From Thermodesulfobium acidiphilum (GTDB lineage Bacteria; Thermodesulfobiota; Thermodesulfobiia; Thermodesulfobiales; Thermodesulfobiaceae): 64,000 nucleotides of DNA. How positions within the stretch are numbered: position 1 is the first letter of the stretch; each line of letters starts with the position of its first letter. Of this stretch, positions 41,108-49,568 are shown in pieces. Below the pieces are notes generated by a model. The model was not told the origin of the DNA. It searched no databases and worked only from the letters and a program-made list of their open reading frames with translations. The stretch is from positions 332,100 through 396,099 of the forward strand of contig NZ_CP020921.1 of the NCBI RefSeq assembly GCF_003057965.1, written 5' to 3'. Position numbers and translations under genes: made by a program.

Positions 41108-41477
41108 CGATCTTGAATATATGGAAAACTTTGAAAGCGACTTTGGTTCGTATGTTGTTGACAATGAGGAAAATGAAGTAAAGATCTGGCTGCTTGATTC
41201 TGACAGGGAAGAGGATCCAGATATTAGTATCTTTTACGAATTAGACGACGATAACGAACCATGGGTTACCGAAGTTAGCTTTTCTTTCCTCCCTCAAGTG
41301 CTCGACTTTGTAGGAATTTGGCGAGATAGATATTTTGATGAACTGGATACCTATTCTGAGGACGAGTTCGATGAAAGCTATGGAAATCTGATGGTAAACC
41401 TTGAAATAATTCAGGAACTCTTGTCCGAACCTTCAGAATGGAGCGACAACTGGTACGAAGAGATTGATGTAGACTAG
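41097..41477 (+). CDS. Highly acidic hypothetical protein
   Basis: AGGAGG SD; about one third Asp/Glu. Confidence 0.7.
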   Translation: MENSDLEYMENFESDFGSYVVDNEENEVKIWLLDSDREEDPDISIFYELDDDNEPWVTEVSFSFLPQVLDFVGIWRDRYFDELDTYSEDEFDESYGNLMVNLEIIQELLSEPSEWSDNWYEEIDVD

Positions 41478-41550
41478 CTTTGCTCACCCTTTAACGGATT
41501 AGTATGCTTTATCTAATATATGTATAATCTTTATGTTATAATTCTTAGTT

Positions 41551-42261
41551 ATGGGAGGAAAAAGATTTCTTAGGATCTTTTTATTGGCTTATAGCCTTGT
41601 TTGTGCACTGTGGGGTGTATCCTTTTTTCTTTTGTTCAGCAGACTTGACAGGATCATAGACAACTCATCCTTTCATAGATTTAGATATTTTCTTCATCAA
41701 CTACCGCCCATAAGCTTGATAATTTTAGCGCTTTGTATAACCATATACCTTCTTGAGAGAATTCGTATACTTTTTTTTGAAAAGGAAACAAGAGACTTTG
41801 TAATCAATAAAAAGGATCACAGGTTTTTGAAGATTCTTCACTACTTTTTTATAATTTTTACCTTATTGTTACTATCTTTTGATATATATGACATACTGAC
41901 CAGCAAACTTGCATGGCACACTATATTTAATATGATTGACTCCCCTTCCATGATACTCCTCTCATTGATAATTAGTTTTCTTGTTCTTAGATGGCTGGAA
42001 AATCAAAGCATAAGGGCTATACATAATGAGGCGGCTGGAAATAGTGACATTTTTAGAAATCTAATGCTTGTGAGAAAGGGGCAGGACATTGCAAGAGCAT
42101 ATTTTAACCTGGGAAACATATATTTTGAGAACAAAAATTTCCCTAAAGCACTGCAGTACTTTAAAAAAGCCTGTAAATTTGGGAATAAAGATGCCTGCGA
42201 TAAGCTAAAGGATTTATCTTGTGAAGAAATCAAAAGAGATTTGAGAAAAGAAAATATCTGA
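41551..42261 (+). CDS. Membrane protein with C-terminal TPR/Sel1-like repeat
   Basis: Four TM segments, then AYFNLGNIY...ALQYFKKACKFGNKDAC. Confidence 0.7.
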   Translation: MGGKRFLRIFLLAYSLVCALWGVSFFLLFSRLDRIIDNSSFHRFRYFLHQLPPISLIILALCITIYLLERIRILFFEKETRDFVINKKDHRFLKILHYFFIIFTLLLLSFDIYDILTSKLAWHTIFNMIDSPSMILLSLIISFLVLRWLENQSIRAIHNEAAGNSDIFRNLMLVRKGQDIARAYFNLGNIYFENKNFPKALQYFKKACKFGNKDACDKLKDLSCEEIKRDLRKENI

Positions 42262-42447
42262 TGTTAAGGCACTTCTTTGGCAGCAGGACTGATATGGAGA
42301 AAAAAGGCGGGGGATATAGATATATTGGTGGTGTCTGAGAAAATAGATTTCGATGTCAGAAGGAAGATAAAGCTGGATCTGATTTTGGCATTTGGCGATA
42401 GGATAAAAAATACTGCTCGTGGCTTTGAATTAGCTCTTGCCGCGTAA
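42261..42447 (+). pseudogene. Frameshifted minimal nucleotidyltransferase (MNT) remnant
   Basis: FFGSRTDMEKKGG in one frame continues as DIDILVVSEKIDF...KIKLDL...FGDR after a +1 shift in the G-run at about 42309-42313. Confidence 0.7.
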
Positions 42448-42583
42448 GATAGCAACACATTTTATTAAGAAAACATGAACAAAATTTCTAATAAGTTTAT
42501 AACAGGTTCTCAAAACTCCTCTAATGATAATTGTCTATGCTTATATTAGTTAAAACAATTTCATGAAGAGGAGGATTATACGA

Positions 42584-43435
42584 ATGAATGAAAACGTGAA
42601 ATTAGAAAGCGAATCTTTAGCCAAAAAGATCTTTAACAAGGTGCCAGAAGTTACTATTTTTTTCTGGATTATTAAGATTTTGTGCACTACAGTAGGCGAG
42701 ACTGCCGCAGACTTTCTGAACGTTCATATGGGATTTGGACTTACAAAGACCAGCATCGTAATGAGCGCTTTGCTTTTAGTTTTCCTGTATTTTCAGTTCA
42801 GGGCAAGAGAATACGTGCCAAAAATATATTGGATGGTAGTAGTCTTAATAAGCGTGGTGGGCACGCTGATAACAGATAACCTGAGCGACAAGTTAGGTGT
42901 TCCTTTACAGTTATCTACCGCTGTTTTTACGGTTGCGCTTATTCTAACATTTTTAGTGTGGTACTATAAGGAAAGGACCCTGTCTATTCATAGCATATTT
43001 ACTCCAAGGCGTGAGGCTTTTTATTGGCTGGCAATTCTTTTTACATTTTCGCTGGGAACTGCTGCTGGAGATTTGATAGCTGAGACTCTTAAGCTGGGTT
43101 ATTTTCCATCTGCCGTGATGTTTGGCTCATTGATTGCAATTATTACGCTGTTATATTATAAATTTAATCTGAATTCAGTGCTTGCATTCTGGCTGGCATA
43201 TATATTGACCAGACCACTTGGTGCGACTATAGGGGATCTTATGTCTCAACCTAAAAACATTGGAGGGCTTGGACTGGGTACAGTAATGACGAGCGCAATA
43301 TTTTTAACGCTTATCTTGATGCTGGTTATTTATTTGACAAAGACGAGAATTGACGAGGAAGCTGTTCCAGTAGAAGAAGTCTCTTACGAAGAGTTTGTTG
43401 CTGCCGAAAGGGCTGCAGAAAGAGAAGAAATATAA
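42584..43435 (+). CDS. COG4705/DUF347-repeat membrane protein
   Basis: NKVPEVT, KILCTTVGETAAD, RREAFYWLAILFTFSLGTAAGD, LTRPLGA. Confidence 0.85.
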   Translation: MNENVKLESESLAKKIFNKVPEVTIFFWIIKILCTTVGETAADFLNVHMGFGLTKTSIVMSALLLVFLYFQFRAREYVPKIYWMVVVLISVVGTLITDNLSDKLGVPLQLSTAVFTVALILTFLVWYYKERTLSIHSIFTPRREAFYWLAILFTFSLGTAAGDLIAETLKLGYFPSAVMFGSLIAIITLLYYKFNLNSVLAFWLAYILTRPLGATIGDLMSQPKNIGGLGLGTVMTSAIFLTLILMLVIYLTKTRIDEEAVPVEEVSYEEFVAAERAAEREEI

Positions 43436-43460
43436 CAACACCTGGTTTCAGGTTTTATAT

Positions 43461-43500
43461 AAAAGAAGTGACCAGTTAATTGCTGGCCACTTCTCATTTT
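43461..43500. terminator. Bidirectional terminator
   Basis: AGAAGTGACCAG / CTGGCCACTTCT stem with flanking A and T tracts. Confidence 0.65.
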
Positions 43501-43529
43501 TAGTGTATAAAGTAATCAAAGAGCATCTT
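43491..43529. repeat. 39-bp direct repeat, copy 1 (att-like)
   Basis: TTCTCATTTTTAGTGTATAAAGTAATCAAAGAGCATCTT; 38/39 identical to 44402-44440. Confidence 0.9.
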
Positions 43530-43947
43530 CAGACAGGACAAATTTTTTTAAAATTAATGTATAGAATTCTTCTATATCTTTCAAATTATGCTGAAGGATT
43601 GATTTCAAGATGTTTATATCAAGCGAGGCATAATCGTGAATGGCTATGTTCCTGAACCCAACCATAGCTTGCATCCTTTTCATCAAGTCGGCGTCAATTA
43701 TTCCTGCTTCATTTAGAATCTTGAAATTTTCTTTTATTGTAGTAGCAAGTCCAAGACCTTGAGAGGCTATTATGTGGGCGGCAATATCGATTGTAGACTC
43801 TATGGCTCTCTGTAGATTCAATACGAATATATCCTGTTTGTCGATATCATCAAGGCTATTTGGATCATTGTTCGTGATGGCGATGATTCTTTTTAAACAT
43901 CTTTGTATGTTTGCAACCTTTGCGAGAACTATATCAGTCTCTAACAT
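43516..43947 (-). CDS. hepT: HEPN RNase toxin (HepT/DUF86), type VII TA
   Basis: RX4HXY motif RNIAIHDY, LQRAIE. Confidence 0.88.
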   Translation of the reverse strand: MLETDIVLAKVANIQRCLKRIIAITNNDPNSLDDIDKQDIFVLNLQRAIESTIDIAAHIIASQGLGLATTIKENFKILNEAGIIDADLMKRMQAMVGFRNIAIHDYASLDINILKSILQHNLKDIEEFYTLILKKFVLSEDAL

Positions 43948-44341
43948 AAATTCTGCCTTTAAGTATATTTTGTTCTTGGGGCCTTCTTATTATTTTCAAG
44001 TCATCATATTCTTTGATCGTTCTGAGAAAAAATTCATTGTAAACGCTATCGTTTACCTTCTTTAATAAGCGACCCCTTTTTAATACCTGCATTTTTATTA
44101 TTGGCGATGCAGAATTTAAGATAACTATGTCAGTATCCCTATCTGTAATTTCAGTTATGCCGCTCTTGATCTTATTTAGAGATTTGAAATCAGGCATATT
44201 ACTAAAAAGGATTGCAAAGTCTGCGTCGCTTTCATCTGTGAGTCTATTTTCGATAAAAGAGCCAAAGATAAATGCCAGCAAAACTTCGTCAATTTTGCTG
44301 AGAAATTCTTCTATTTTCACAATCGACTCTTCAATATCCAT
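43934..44341 (-). CDS. mntA: MntA adenylyltransferase antitoxin, type VII TA
   Basis: GSX10DXD motif (FGSFIENRLTDESDAD), DIVILN; overlaps hepT. Confidence 0.88.
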   Translation of the reverse strand: MDIEESIVKIEEFLSKIDEVLLAFIFGSFIENRLTDESDADFAILFSNMPDFKSLNKIKSGITEITDRDTDIVILNSASPIIKMQVLKRGRLLKKVNDSVYNEFFLRTIKEYDDLKIIRRPQEQNILKGRIYVRD

Positions 44342-44401
44342 CAGAATTTATTTTAGCACAGTAAACTAAAGGATTTTTGAAATATCTCAACGTTATATAT
44401 T

Positions 44402-44440
44402 TTCTCATTTTTAGTGTACAAAGTAATCAAAGAGCATCTT
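44402..44440. repeat. 39-bp direct repeat, copy 2 (3' end of the TauE gene)
   Basis: TTCTCATTTTTAGTGTACAAAGTAATCAAAGAGCATCTT; encodes KMLFDYFVH-stop on the - strand. Confidence 0.9.
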
Positions 44441-45172
44441 GGCAGCTACCATATATAACACTACTCCTATTAGAACCTTTACGCTCTTGTTGCTGAGCTT
44501 GTATTTCATAAGATAAGATCCAAAGAGAGCTCCCATGATGGCTGCTATAATAGTGCTGAAAAGTAACTTTATGTCAAGGCCTCCTATGGCTAGCTTTCCT
44601 AAAAATCCTCCAAAGGATGAGAAAAGGACTATAAAAGATGTAGTAGCAGCTGCAAACCTTGCTGGTACACCTATAAATATGAGTATAGGGATTATCATAT
44701 TTCCTCCGCCAATGCCAAGAAGCCCGGCTACAAACCCTGCAAAAGCGCCAATTGGCGTGGCAATAGTGAGCATCTGTTTTTTATTTATTTGAAAATTTTC
44801 GCTTGAATTGCTCTTTTTCTGCTTGTAAAATATCATCATTGACGCAGCAAATATCAAAAATAGAGCAAAGAGAAGTAATAAGGTCTCTCTTGGAACAAAT
44901 TTACTACAATATGCGCCTATTGGCGAGGTTATAAGGACAGCTATTATTATTGGAAAGGCCAATTTGTATTTTATCAAGCCAATTCTTGAGTATGAATAGG
45001 AGGCAAACGCCATAGCAACTACGTTTAACAAGAGGGCAGTGCTCATAGACTGGTGAAGGTCGAAGCCCATTGCATAAAACGCAGGTATAAGAATGAATGC
45101 TGCTCCAGCTCCAGTGATAACCATAATTGATTTTGCCACAAAGGTTACAAGTGCAGCTAATAAATATATCAT
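44411..45172 (-). CDS. Sulfite exporter TauE/SafE (TSUP) family permease
   Basis: GAGAAFILIP, AGLLGIGGG, AAATTS; about 8 TMs. Confidence 0.9.
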   Translation of the reverse strand: MIYLLAALVTFVAKSIMVITGAGAAFILIPAFYAMGFDLHQSMSTALLLNVVAMAFASYSYSRIGLIKYKLAFPIIIAVLITSPIGAYCSKFVPRETLLLLFALFLIFAASMMIFYKQKKSNSSENFQINKKQMLTIATPIGAFAGFVAGLLGIGGGNMIIPILIFIGVPARFAAATTSFIVLFSSFGGFLGKLAIGGLDIKLLFSTIIAAIMGALFGSYLMKYKLSNKSVKVLIGVVLYMVAAKMLFDYFVH

Positions 45173-45240
45173 TATTTTCTCCTTAGAAAAAGTTTAAGTT
45201 TAGAATAGCAGCCGCAAATTTTACGGCTGCATTTATTTTT

Positions 45241-45852
45241 TTATTTCTGAGTCAACTTTTCAGAACAGGGTATGCAGACCTGTTTTCCATCGATAAACTT
45301 TAGCCTGTCAATGAATACCGCTTCACCACAAACGTCGCAAAAATCTACATCCATTACTCCTGGAGTCTTTTTGAAATCATAGTTAAAAACAGGACTTATA
45401 TCGAGAAAATCTTCTTCTTTAAGGTTTAATACCCTTTCTATCAATGGATCTACTATCTCTGGGGCAACGTCTTGAGGCGCTATTCCCTTTTTCCTCTCAG
45501 CTATGAAAGGCGACTCGAGCATCTTTTCAAAGAATTTTGGTTTTAGAGATACCCTTACTGCCTTCTTGTTCTTTACGTCGATGAGGGTAAAAGCCATCTT
45601 GCCATAATATAGCTTCTTTATATTGCTCTTACCATAGGTGCAACCCGTGACGGTCATAAGCCCATCTACAAAACAACCTGCTGCGTGATTGTCTGCTGTT
45701 TCTGCCAGGAGCATTAACTCTTTGTCCTTAGCCCTCTCTACTCCAAGGGTGTTCATTGCAGCGCAGGCAGCCTTCAGGCCCAATGGCATTGCCGGACATT
45801 TGTGACCGTGAAATTTCAATCCTAAATCAAAGAAATCTTTTGCTTCAAACAT
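45241..45852 (-). CDS. FmdE-family protein with C-terminal zinc finger
   Basis: FHGHKCPAMPLG, GCFVDG, TGCTYGK, CDVCGE...CIPC. Confidence 0.88.
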   Translation of the reverse strand: MFEAKDFFDLGLKFHGHKCPAMPLGLKAACAAMNTLGVERAKDKELMLLAETADNHAAGCFVDGLMTVTGCTYGKSNIKKLYYGKMAFTLIDVKNKKAVRVSLKPKFFEKMLESPFIAERKKGIAPQDVAPEIVDPLIERVLNLKEEDFLDISPVFNYDFKKTPGVMDVDFCDVCGEAVFIDRLKFIDGKQVCIPCSEKLTQK

Positions 45853-45929
45853 TTTATTTCCTCCTTAAAGCTCTTTAATTTAATAATTATATTATAAATT
45901 ACTAATTTACTAATGTAAAGTAGTAAACT

Positions 45930-46097
45930 GAAATCTGTTTTTACTATTAGCGTGTTAGAGTTTAAGGTGAACCTATAGCTGTATTAAACCACAATACCAC
46001 ATCGGCATATATATTGTCGGAAAAAGATTATGAAGCTTTGATTGACAGTTTAAAAGATTATCAATTAGGGATGATCATTAATTATGAAGATGGATAG
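45930..46097 (+). pseudogene. Phd/YefM (StbD-like) antitoxin remnant
   Basis: GEPIAVLNHNTTSAYILSEKDYEALIDSLKDYQL from 45966; no intact start, upstream FTISVLEF out of frame, no toxin downstream. Confidence 0.65.
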
Positions 46098-46264
46098 AAA
46101 TTTCATTATTAATACTTTAAAATCAAATAAGGGCTATATTAAAAGCACTTTTCATATTAAAGATATGGCATTATTTGGTTCTTATAAAACCTTCTTTTTA
46201 ACCTCATCTTAATTTTCTATGATAAAATTAATATTCGTTGAATTTTCCTAACTAAGGAGATATC

Positions 46265-47041
46265 TTGATCAAGAAAATTATTGAAATATATCGCTATCGA
46301 GAGATGCTGAGAAATCTCGTGTCCAAAGAGTTGCAGATAAGGTACAAAAATTCTGTTTTGGGGTTCTTCTGGACATTCCTGAATCCTCTCTTGATGCTTG
46401 TTGTTTATACATTTGTTTTTTCTACTATTATGAAGTCTGATATAAAGGACTTTAGCATATTTTTGTTTATTGGGCTTCTTGCCTGGAACTACATTGCTGG
46501 TTCAGTGATTCAGGGGACTGGGTGCCTGGTGGTAAACTCATCTTTACTAAAAAAGGTCTATTTTCCAAGAGAGGTAATTCCTCTTTCCATAGTGTTTGCG
46601 AATATGATCAACTATATTTTGAGCATGATAATACTTTTGGTGGCTCTGTTGATTTCAGGAATAGGCATTCATCACGATATATTGTTCTACCCTGTAATAC
46701 TCCTTGTTCAGACAATATTTCTAATCCCTCTTGTGCTTATCCTTAGCGTAGTAAACGTATATTTTAGGGATCTGGAGCACACAGTAAACGTCCTTATAAA
46801 CCTGTGGTTTTTTTCTACGCCAATAGTATATCCAATAAGCATAGTTCCTGAACACCTGAGGATATTTTTCTACCTGAACCCTGCTACGCATATAGTAGAG
46901 GCATATCTTGCGATAATGTATTACAGGACACCTCCCAATCTTTTAGCGCTTTTCTGGATGTTTGTGGGAAGCATTATATTTTTCTGGATTGGTTTTCTTA
47001 TCTTCGACCGCTTACAGAGAAGAGTGGCTGAGGAGGTATAG
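46265..47041 (+). CDS. wzm: Polysaccharide ABC exporter permease
   Basis: RYKNSVLGFFWTFLNPLL, KKVYFPRE, FRDLEH, TPIVYP, LNP. Confidence 0.92.
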   Translation: MIKKIIEIYRYREMLRNLVSKELQIRYKNSVLGFFWTFLNPLLMLVVYTFVFSTIMKSDIKDFSIFLFIGLLAWNYIAGSVIQGTGCLVVNSSLLKKVYFPREVIPLSIVFANMINYILSMIILLVALLISGIGIHHDILFYPVILLVQTIFLIPLVLILSVVNVYFRDLEHTVNVLINLWFFSTPIVYPISIVPEHLRIFFYLNPATHIVEAYLAIMYYRTPPNLLALFWMFVGSIIFFWIGFLIFDRLQRRVAEEV

Positions 47042-47779
47042 ATGGCAGAAATTGCAGTAGAAATTAAAGGACTTTATAAAGAATTCAGGGTGTACCACGA
47101 CAGGGCTATGTCTATGAAGGAAAGAATAGTCAACTGGGGCAGACATAAATACGAGAAATTCTGGGCTCTGAAGAATATAAACCTTGAGGTAAAAAAGGGA
47201 GAGTCTCTGGGGATTGTAGGCAGAAATGGCTCTGGAAAGAGCACGCTCTTAAAGGTAATAAGCGGAATATACTATCCCACAAAGGGAGAGGTAAGGGTAA
47301 ACGGAAAGCTGACCACGCTTTTGGAACTGGGCGCTGGATTTCACCCTGACTTTACGGGTAGAGAAAACATATATTTTAATGCATCTATATTTGGCCTTAC
47401 CAGAAAAGAGATAAACGCAAAGTTAGATGAGATTATAGCCTTTTCTGAGCTGGGAGAATTTATAGACAATCCTGTGAGAAATTACTCATCTGGCATGTAT
47501 ATGAGACTGGCCTTTTCTGTGGCAATTCACATAGAACCAGAAATACTCTTGCTTGACGAAGTGCTTGCTGTGGGAGACAGCGCATTTCAGGAAAAGTGTA
47601 TGTCGAAGATAGAGTCATTCAGGGAAAAGGGGGTTACTATGATCTTCGTCTCACATGCATCTTTGCAGGTAGAAAAGCTCTGCGACAGGGCGGTGTGGCT
47701 AAAAGACGGGGAGATAGAGAAGTACGACGATGCAAAGAGCGTTGTCAGGGCTTATGAGAGGTGGATGGACACAAGGTAG
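47042..47779 (+). CDS. wzt: Polysaccharide ABC exporter ATPase (no C-terminal carbohydrate-binding module)
   Basis: GRNGSGKST, YSSGM, LLLDEVLAVGD, VSH. Confidence 0.93.
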   Translation: MAEIAVEIKGLYKEFRVYHDRAMSMKERIVNWGRHKYEKFWALKNINLEVKKGESLGIVGRNGSGKSTLLKVISGIYYPTKGEVRVNGKLTTLLELGAGFHPDFTGRENIYFNASIFGLTRKEINAKLDEIIAFSELGEFIDNPVRNYSSGMYMRLAFSVAIHIEPEILLLDEVLAVGDSAFQEKCMSKIESFREKGVTMIFVSHASLQVEKLCDRAVWLKDGEIEKYDDAKSVVRAYERWMDTR

Positions 47780-47876
47780 AAAGATAATATAAAATACTTT
47801 AAAGGTTTGTATGTACTGATATATGAGCTAAAATGTCTAATCTAATAATTTAAATTTAAAAAAAGAGGGTATTTTT

Positions 47877-48836
47877 CTGATAGATATACTTATGTCAACG
47901 TATAATGGAGAAAGCTATATAAGAGAGCAGATAGACTCTATCTTAAGTCAGACATACAAGGATTGGCGACTTCTGATACGAGATGACGGATCTAGTGATA
48001 AAACGCTTGAGATAGTATATGATTACTCCAAAAAATTTGACAAAATATATCCTATTAAAGATAACAGAAAACATCTTGGCCCTCAAATGAGCTATTTTGA
48101 ACTGCTAAATCACTCTAGTGCTGATTATATTATGTTCTGCGATCAGGATGATGTTTGGCTACCTTACAAGATAGAAGCGACTTTGGGAAAAATGAGAGAA
48201 CTGGAAAAGATTTACCACGAAAAGCCATTGTTGATTCATTCAGACCTAAAGGTTGTGGATGAAAACCTAAAAGTAATATCTGATTCATTTTGGAACTATC
48301 AAAAGCTAAATCCTGATTTGAAAGTTTTGAATAGCCTTCTAATCCAGAACAACGTTACAGGCTGCAGTGTTATGATAAATAGAAAATTGAGGGATTTATT
48401 AAAATCATTTCCACATAACGCAATAATGCACGATTGGTGGATTGCACTGGTGTCATCGGCATTTGGAACTATCGGCCACATAGATGAGCCACTTGTTCTG
48501 TATAGACAGCACGGCAGTAATGATACGGGTGCAAAGAAGTACTCTATTAAATATTTTTTAGGTAGGGCTATGAAATTCAGAGATTCTATAGAGTCTAATA
48601 AAAAAATTATTGACCAGGGTAGAGATTTTTATTCTATTTATAGCAATGTCCTTACGAAAGAGCAAAAAGAGGTTGTTTATAATTTCATTACGCTTTTTGA
48701 AACAGGAAGGCTCAGGAGGGCTTATAGGATATTTAAGTATAGATTTTTCAAATATGGCTTTTTAAGAAATTGTGGCTTTGTCTGTGTGATGCTAATTTCA
48801 AATAAAAGAGGTGTAAAGACAGAAATTAAAAGATAA
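47877..48836 (+). CDS. GT2 glycosyltransferase (rhamnosyltransferase-like)
   Basis: IDILMSTYNG, RDDGSSD, FCDQDDVW, MHDWW, YRQH; probable CTG start at 47877. Confidence 0.88.
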   Translation: MIDILMSTYNGESYIREQIDSILSQTYKDWRLLIRDDGSSDKTLEIVYDYSKKFDKIYPIKDNRKHLGPQMSYFELLNHSSADYIMFCDQDDVWLPYKIEATLGKMRELEKIYHEKPLLIHSDLKVVDENLKVISDSFWNYQKLNPDLKVLNSLLIQNNVTGCSVMINRKLRDLLKSFPHNAIMHDWWIALVSSAFGTIGHIDEPLVLYRQHGSNDTGAKKYSIKYFLGRAMKFRDSIESNKKIIDQGRDFYSIYSNVLTKEQKEVVYNFITLFETGRLRRAYRIFKYRFFKYGFLRNCGFVCVMLISNKRGVKTEIKR

Positions 48837-48871
48837 TATCAAATATAAAATTATTTCTATGGTGATGGGAT

Positions 48872-49441
48872 ATGGCATTTAAATTTATAGAAACAGTAAT
48901 TCCAGAAGTAATAATGGTTAAGCCAAAGGTGTTTGAAGACGAAAGAGGCTTTTTCTTAGAGAGTTATAAAAAATCAGATTTTATAAAAGCTGGAATATAT
49001 AAAGAGTTTATCCAGGATAATCATTCCAGATCAGTTAAGGGAGTCTTAAGGGGCCTTCACTACCAACTAAACCCGAAAGCTCAAGGAAAGTTGATAAGGT
49101 GTATAAAGGGCAAGATATTCGACGTGGCAGTGGATATAAGGGAAAATAGTCCCACATTTCTAAAATATGTAGCAGCAGAGCTTTCAGAAGAAAATAAATT
49201 TATGTTATGGATACCTGAGGGATTTGCACATGGGTTTCTTACCTTATCAGATGAGGCAGAAATCATTTACAAGGTGTCTGGCAACTCATATTCTCCAGAA
49301 CATGACAGATCAATTCTCTGGAATGACCCTGAGATTGGAATAAATTGGCCATTAGAAGGTGAACCAATTCTGTCAAAAAAGGACAGAGAAGCGCCGCTTT
49401 TGCGCTATGCAGAGATTAATTTTGTATATGATGGAAGATAG
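48872..49441 (+). CDS. rfbC: dTDP-4-dehydrorhamnose 3,5-epimerase
   Basis: DERGFF, QDNHSRS, LRGLHYQ, DVAVDIR, GFAHGF. Confidence 0.95.
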   Translation: MAFKFIETVIPEVIMVKPKVFEDERGFFLESYKKSDFIKAGIYKEFIQDNHSRSVKGVLRGLHYQLNPKAQGKLIRCIKGKIFDVAVDIRENSPTFLKYVAAELSEENKFMLWIPEGFAHGFLTLSDEAEIIYKVSGNSYSPEHDRSILWNDPEIGINWPLEGEPILSKKDREAPLLRYAEINFVYDGR

Positions 49442-49568
49442 TGAGAAATTCAGTGTCAAATTTTAATTTTTACAAGGATAATTTTAAGCTTAAACCAGGT
49501 TTTAAGTTAGGAATATATTTTTTGTATATTAAAATTATTTAAATTCAATTTTAATCAGGAGGCAAACA

